From NCBI GenBank assembly GCA_963581225.1, contig CAUZMW010000001.1, positions 3,405-67,404 on the forward strand: DNA of 64,000 nt. Direction: 5' to 3'. The notes under the pieces are model-generated. The model saw only the letters and a list, made by a program, of their open reading frames with translations. It did not search any database and was not told where the DNA came from. This stretch comes from Gammaproteobacteria bacterium. Lineage in GTDB: Bacteria > Pseudomonadota > Gammaproteobacteria > Steroidobacterales > Rariloculaceae. Below are positions 59,368 to 64,000 of the stretch, piece by piece. Position numbers and translations under genes: made by a program. Within the stretch, counting starts at the first letter, position 1; each line of letters begins with the position of its first letter.

Positions 59368-60441
59368 ATGCGTTCCCTCGTCGTAGACAAGATCGCGTCG
59401 GTGGCATTGGCCAGCGACATCGGAAGGGAGGTTCGAATCAGCCCGGACATCCCCTGCGAGGAGGGTGTCCTCGTCGCGGCCGAAGTCTTGAACAACAAGT
59501 CCCGTTACAACACATTGGAACTCACGAGCGGACGCATGGCGCGAGTCAAACGCGGCGATATCATCGTGGGTGCGTTGGGTCACCGCAAAGCTTTATTCGG
59601 TTACTCGGGACATATCCCCGAGGAGCTCCACGCCGGTGACGTGATCCAGATCCTCAATCTCGGTGGAGTCCTGGGCGTGTGCGATTCGATCAATCCGAAT
59701 CAAGGTCAGCCGTTCGACTGCCGGGTACTCGGTGTCATCCTCGACTTTCCCTACCTCGGTGAGCGTATCGGCGTCCCGGCACGCGTCGGTTCACGCGACG
59801 ACACAGAGACAGCGCCGCTGGACGTTGGCGACGTGCCCATTGTCGCGATCGCGGGCACCGGCATGGATTCGGGCAAGACCGTCGCAGCCTGCACGGTAAT
59901 CAGCCGCTTTCGTCACAACGGCCTCACCGTCGACGCATTCAAGAGTACCGGCGTCGCATTGCGTCGGGACATCCTCGCCATGGAGGATGCCGGCGCGCGA
60001 CATACCGGCATCTTCTCGGACCATGGGATCGTGGCAACCACCTCGGACAATGCGCCCGCGCTGACACGTAAGCTGCTACACACCCTCGCGGCGGAGCAGC
60101 CGGACGTGATCGTATTCGAACTCGGCGATGGCCTACTCGGTGCTTACGGCGTCGAGGCCATCCTGCACGACGCCGAGATACGCAATACGCTGGATGCCGT
60201 GGTGCTGTGCGCGAACGATCCGGTTGGCGCCTGGGGCGGCGTCAAGCTATTGCGCGAGAGTTTCGAGATCGAGCCGACGGTTGTGACGGGCCCCGCGACC
60301 GACAACCAGGTCGGCCTCGAGATTATCGAGCGACGCTCGAAGGTCCAGGCCGTGAACGCACTGACTCACGGCGCCGATCTCGGCGACCTGATTCAGAATG
60401 CTCTCGGCGTCGCAAGCCGGCACGCGGAAACGTCGTCATGA
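59368..60441 (+). CDS. uncharacterised two-domain protein with a SIMIBI/dethiobiotin-synthetase-like P-loop, embedded in the arginine operon ('gene X')
   Basis: 357 aa from Met24 of the track ORF. It starts 1 nt after the argG stop, and its stop overlaps the argC ATG. Walker A-like IAGTGMDSGKT sits at about residue 170. Walker B-like DVIVFELGDGLLGAYG follows, then DAVVLCANDP. The N-terminal 150 aa are unrecognised. Confidence 0.7.
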   Translation: MRSLVVDKIASVALASDIGREVRISPDIPCEEGVLVAAEVLNNKSRYNTLELTSGRMARVKRGDIIVGALGHRKALFGYSGHIPEELHAGDVIQILNLGGVLGVCDSINPNQGQPFDCRVLGVILDFPYLGERIGVPARVGSRDDTETAPLDVGDVPIVAIAGTGMDSGKTVAACTVISRFRHNGLTVDAFKSTGVALRRDILAMEDAGARHTGIFSDHGIVATTSDNAPALTRKLLHTLAAEQPDVIVFELGDGLLGAYGVEAILHDAEIRNTLDAVVLCANDPVGAWGGVKLLRESFEIEPTVVTGPATDNQVGLEIIERRSKVQAVNALTHGADLGDLIQNALGVASRHAETSS

Positions 60442-61499
60442 CCGAGCCACTACCCGTCATCGTTCTCGGCGGCTCCGGCTATGTCGCCGGCGAGTTGTTA
60501 CGACTGATCGCCACGCACCCGCGGCTTCACCTCGGTGCCGTCGTATCGACCAGTCAAGTGGGCAAACCGCTCGCCGCAAGCTTCGCCCATCTGTCCGGGG
60601 TCTACCCTGACACGGCGTTCGTCTCATTGGATCATGCGATCGATCAGCTCGGCGAGTCGGACGACTGGGTCGTTGTATCTGCTGCGCCGCATGGCGCGTC
60701 TGCCGGACTCGTCGACCTGCTATTGACTGCTGCGGAGGCAGCAAACGTAAAGATGACCGTCGTCGATGCTTCAGCGGACTTTCGCTACTCGGACGCCGCG
60801 AGCTTCGAAGCGATTTACAAACAGCCGCATCCCGCCCCGCAATGGTTGTCGTCGTTCAGCTGCGCCGTACCTGAGCACTTGTCCGAGATCCAGACACCGC
60901 ATGCAGCCCAGCCGGGCTGTTTCGCGACTGCCATGTTGCTCGGCATCGTACCGATGATCGAGCACGACTTGTGTGAGCCGCAGTTTTTCGTCAGTGCGGT
61001 GACGGGTAGCACGGGCGCCGGACGCACGCCGCGAGACACGACCCATCATCCCCTGCGCCAGAGCAATTTGTTCGCTTATCAGCCGCTCGTGCATCGACAT
61101 CAGCCGGAGGTCGGCGCACTGACTCATAGTGCGACGCAGAAGAATATTCGCCTGCATTTCGTGCCCCACGCCGGGCCGTTCGCACGCGGTATTCACGCGA
61201 CGATCTTCGCGCCGCGTGTGGCTTCAGTGAGCGAGGAACAGATCCGGGCAGGACTAACGGCCTACTACGCAGATTCCGCATTCGTATCTGTCGCGACGTC
61301 GCCGCCGCGATTGAAGGACATAGTCGGCACCAACAACGCGGTCCTAAGTGTCAGTGTGGATGACGAGAGCGTCGCGATCTGCTGCGTTCTCGATAACCTC
61401 GTTAAGGGCGCGGCCGGCGGGACGATACAGTGGGTCAACCGCCTCTGCGACTGGCCGGATGCCGAGGGCCTTGTCATTGCCCCCGCGGGGTGGGTCTGA
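60438..61499 (+). CDS. argC: N-acetyl-gamma-glutamyl-phosphate reductase
   Basis: VIVLGGSGYVAGELLRLIATHP, the catalytic Cys context AAQPGCFATA, and a C-terminal LDNLVKGAAG. Start at Met78 of the track ORF. Confidence 0.88.
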   Translation: MTEPLPVIVLGGSGYVAGELLRLIATHPRLHLGAVVSTSQVGKPLAASFAHLSGVYPDTAFVSLDHAIDQLGESDDWVVVSAAPHGASAGLVDLLLTAAEAANVKMTVVDASADFRYSDAASFEAIYKQPHPAPQWLSSFSCAVPEHLSEIQTPHAAQPGCFATAMLLGIVPMIEHDLCEPQFFVSAVTGSTGAGRTPRDTTHHPLRQSNLFAYQPLVHRHQPEVGALTHSATQKNIRLHFVPHAGPFARGIHATIFAPRVASVSEEQIRAGLTAYYADSAFVSVATSPPRLKDIVGTNNAVLSVSVDDESVAICCVLDNLVKGAAGGTIQWVNRLCDWPDAEGLVIAPAGWV

Positions 61500-62653
61500 T
61501 GACTGCCGCCACCGCCCATCTGAGTGAAGTCTACCCGACGCTGCCGTTCGAGCCCGTGACGGGCGAGGGCGTCTATCTCGAGGATGCGCAGCAACGCCGC
61601 GTACTTGATTTGTACGGCGGTCATGCCGTTGCCGGTCTCGGTTACGCACATCCGCGTCTCACGGAAGCTCTTTTAACGCAGGCGCGACAACTCATGTTCC
61701 AGAGCAACGCGGTAACGATGCGTGTTCGGGACGAGGCGGCCGACAAGCTGGCCGCATTCGCGCCCAAAGGTCTCGATCGCGTGTTCTTCGTCAACAGCGG
61801 CGCAGAAGCGAACGAGAACGCATTACGGCTAGCTCTGAAGACGACGGGCCGCAACAAGATAGTCGCGATCGAACACAGCTTTCACGGCCGGAGCGCCGCA
61901 GCCGGCGCCGTGACCTGGGGAGCGCGGGAACGCTGGTATGGCTTTCCGAATACGCCGATGGACGTCACGTTCGTCCCGCGAAACGACGAAACCGCGCTGG
62001 CTGCTGCCGTGGACGAGGAAACCGCCGGCGTCATCATCGAACCGGTGCAGGGCGTCGCGGGCGCGTTCGATTTCTCGAAAGCGTTTCTGGCGGCAGCTCG
62101 GGCGGCGTGCGATGCGCGCGGCGCGTTACTGATTCTCGATGAAGTGCAGACCGGTGTCGGCCGGCTCGGCACTCCGTTCGGCGCCGACTACTTCGATGTC
62201 ACTCCGGACCTCATGACGACGGCCAAAGCTTTGGGCGGTGGCTTTCCCTGCGGCGCGTTACTGATGCGTAACGACCTGGCCAAGGATCTCGGCCCGGGCG
62301 CATTGGGCACGACCTTCGGCGGTGGCCCGTTGGCGTGCGCGGTCATAATCGCGGTCCTCGATGCGATCGAGGAGGAGGGCCTCCTGGCGCAGGTGACGGA
62401 GGTTTCGGCGCTGATTCGCGAAACCTGTGTCCGCGGCCCGGTTACCGGCATCCAGGGCGCCGGTTTTCTGTTGGGGCTTAAGACAACACCCCGAGCGGCC
62501 AGCGTACGCGACGCGTTACTCAATAAGGATATCCTCGCCGGTACCAGCGCCGATCCACATATCTTGCGGCTGTTGCCGGCGCTGATTTTGCAACCGGCCC
62601 ATATAGAAAGTCTGGCGCAGGCCCTGGAGAAGTTAACCGATGAATCGCTTTAA
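61499..62653 (+). CDS. argD: acetylornithine/succinylornithine-type class III aminotransferase
   Basis: GGHAVAGLGYAHPRL, FFVNSGAEANENALRLA, ILDEVQTGVGRLG and TTAKALGGGFP (PLP Lys). Start at Met24 of the track ORF (TGATG overlap with argC). Confidence 0.88.
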   Translation: MTAATAHLSEVYPTLPFEPVTGEGVYLEDAQQRRVLDLYGGHAVAGLGYAHPRLTEALLTQARQLMFQSNAVTMRVRDEAADKLAAFAPKGLDRVFFVNSGAEANENALRLALKTTGRNKIVAIEHSFHGRSAAAGAVTWGARERWYGFPNTPMDVTFVPRNDETALAAAVDEETAGVIIEPVQGVAGAFDFSKAFLAAARAACDARGALLILDEVQTGVGRLGTPFGADYFDVTPDLMTTAKALGGGFPCGALLMRNDLAKDLGPGALGTTFGGGPLACAVIIAVLDAIEEEGLLAQVTEVSALIRETCVRGPVTGIQGAGFLLGLKTTPRAASVRDALLNKDILAGTSADPHILRLLPALILQPAHIESLAQALEKLTDESL

Positions 62654-63641
62654 TGATCTTACCGATTTCTCGACGGAGGAGATCAACGCACTCCTCGAGC
62701 TGGCCACGCGCCTCGAGCAACAACCCGAGCCACGAGCACTCGAAGGCAAGATTCTCTCGCTCCTGTTCCTTAGCCCCTCGCTCAGGACCCTGGCTTCCTT
62801 CCAGGCCGCGATGGGTCGGCTCGGCGGCGGCTCATTCGTCATCTCGCCGGATATGTCCATACACGGGTTGGAGACGCGCCCGGGGATCGTCATGGATGGT
62901 GCGGCGGCAGAACACATTCGCGAAGCCGTGCCGGTTATCGCGTCGTATGGGGACGCAATCGGTATCAGGGCATTCGCCGAGCGGCGCAACCTCGATGACG
63001 ACCTCGCCGATCGCGAGTTCGAGAAACTTGGATCGCTCGTTGACGTCCCACTGATCAATATGGAGTCCGCCATCCAGCACCCGTGCCAGAATCTCGCCGA
63101 CTGGAAGACGATGGACGACCTGGAGGTACCCGCACAAGGCGGCCGATTCGTGTTGTCGTGGGCATACCACCCGCGCGCGTTGCCCCTCGCCGTACCCGCG
63201 TCGACGGTGCAGATGGCGGCGATGCGCGGCATGGATGTCGTCGTCCTGAATCCGCCGGGTTTCGACTTGCCGCAGCCCGTTATGGATAAGGCCCGCGCGG
63301 CATCGGCAGCCTCAGGCGGCAGTGTGACGGAAACCGGCGACCGCCGTGAAGCGATGGAAGGCGCGCACATCGTCTACGCCAAGTCCTGGTCCTCAACACA
63401 GCACTACGGCGACCGGCTCGCCGACCAGGCGCAACGCGAGGAGCTGATCGACTGGTGTATCGACGATCCCTGGTTCGAAAACGCGCGAACAGATTGCCGG
63501 TTCATGCACTGCCTGCCGGTACGGCGCGGCGTCGTGGTCACCGATCGCGTTCTCGACGGTCCGCGCAGTATCGTTCTGCCCGAAGCACGTAATCGAATGC
63601 TCGCGCAGATGGCCGTCCTCTATCGGATGTTGAAAGGATAG
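62640..63641 (+). CDS. argF': N-acyl-L-ornithine carbamoyltransferase (acetyl/succinyl-ornithine transcarbamylase type, ArgF')
   Basis: SPSLRT, INMESAIQHPCQ, the SWAYHPRALPLAV insertion region and HCLPVRRG align with my recollection of Xanthomonas AOTCase and Bacteroides SOTCase, rather than classical OTCase (which has SMRTR...HCLP). Confidence 0.75.
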   Translation: MNRFNDLTDFSTEEINALLELATRLEQQPEPRALEGKILSLLFLSPSLRTLASFQAAMGRLGGGSFVISPDMSIHGLETRPGIVMDGAAAEHIREAVPVIASYGDAIGIRAFAERRNLDDDLADREFEKLGSLVDVPLINMESAIQHPCQNLADWKTMDDLEVPAQGGRFVLSWAYHPRALPLAVPASTVQMAAMRGMDVVVLNPPGFDLPQPVMDKARAASAASGGSVTETGDRREAMEGAHIVYAKSWSSTQHYGDRLADQAQREELIDWCIDDPWFENARTDCRFMHCLPVRRGVVVTDRVLDGPRSIVLPEARNRMLAQMAVLYRMLKG

Positions 63642-63647
63642 AGCGCG

Positions 63648-64000
63648 ATGTCACGCCTCACCGGAAACGAGCGAGCCATCGTCGTCACGGCCCTGAAACA
63701 CGCGGCACCCTACATTCGAATGTTCAAACGTAAGGTATTCGTGATCAAGGCGGGTGGCGAGGCGTTCCAATCCGCTGCAACGACACGCTCAATCGTCGAA
63801 CAGGTCGGGATCCTCCACGAAGTCGGCATCCGCGTCGTACTCGTCCACGGCGGCGGGCCGCAGTCGACTCAGCTCGCAAAGGAACGGGGGATTCCGATTC
63901 AGTTCGTTGACGGTCGTCGTGTCACCGATGAGAGCACGCTCGAAGTATCCGCTGCCGTTTTGAACGATCAGATCAATCCTATGATCGTCGCAGCATTCGG
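63648..64000 (+). CDS. argB: acetylglutamate kinase, 5' part (continues beyond the window)
   Basis: My own translation: MSRLTGNERAIVVTALKHAAPYIRMFKRKVFVIKAGGEAF...RVVLVHGGGPQSTQ. These are AAK-family motifs typical of ArgB. Whether a C-terminal NAGS domain is fused cannot be seen. Confidence 0.85.
   Translation, partial: MSRLTGNERAIVVTALKHAAPYIRMFKRKVFVIKAGGEAFQSAATTRSIVEQVGILHEVGIRVVLVHGGGPQSTQLAKERGIPIQFVDGRRVTDESTLEVSAAVLNDQINPMIVAAF

Noticed and set aside
1-64000. Searched by eye for CRISPR arrays, tRNA/rRNA genes, integrases, transposases, phage or conjugation genes, toxin-antitoxin pairs and known defence-system signatures.
   Set aside because: - None were found. The only repeats are short REP-like hairpins, and GGTTCGAA-type strings occur only inside coding regions without a tRNA cloverleaf context.
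- A by-eye search can miss divergent elements.

Overview
High-GC (about 60%) gammaproteobacterial-type chromosomal segment. It is gene dense, with roughly 60 protein-coding genes. By eye I found no rRNA, tRNA, CRISPR array, transposase, integrase or phage genes.

Gene content, left to right:
- A partial PAS-PAS sigma-54 activator with its enhancer and a -24/-12 promoter, a pip plus dihydroorotase-like pair, an M16 peptidase, a GldA/F/G-type ABC module with DUF4340, and ilvA.
- A ~17-kb stretch (14.3-31.3 kb) unusually rich in Tat- or Sec-exported versions of normally cytoplasmic enzyme families. These are amidohydrolase-2, FAH, aldo/keto reductase, a TPP enzyme coupled to a dihaem cytochrome c, a SoxCD/SorAB-like sulfite dehydrogenase and a class II aldolase. 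Interleaved with them are a TcuA-like/TTT-transporter/PrpF tricarboxylate module and an orphan XDH-family molybdenum subunit.
- A small membrane protein plus two tandem unknown proteins whose mature N-termini are predicted to start His-His-Ser. One of the two is frameshifted.
- A lipoprotein amidase, qor and a ferredoxin reductase, then gshA followed by two paralogous membrane-anchored unknowns, and an EAL-domain remnant.
- pspABC butted against a 5'-truncated ECF sigma gene, with no pspF in the window.
- mdh, fadE, gspA/gspB, an SRAP peptidase, yadGH, an orphan FlhC-like protein, an NRDE protein and an esterase.
- An arginine operon argR-argG-X-argC-argD-argF'-argB, where X is an uncharacterised P-loop protein.

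Two REP-like hairpin repeat families are present. The main one has 10 copies, hugs stop codons and brackets three transcription units.

Best candidates for something undescribed:
- The Tat-exported TPP enzyme with its cytochrome c.
- Gene X inside the arginine operon.
- The HHS-terminus tandem proteins.

All functional calls come from motif recognition by eye. No database search was run.
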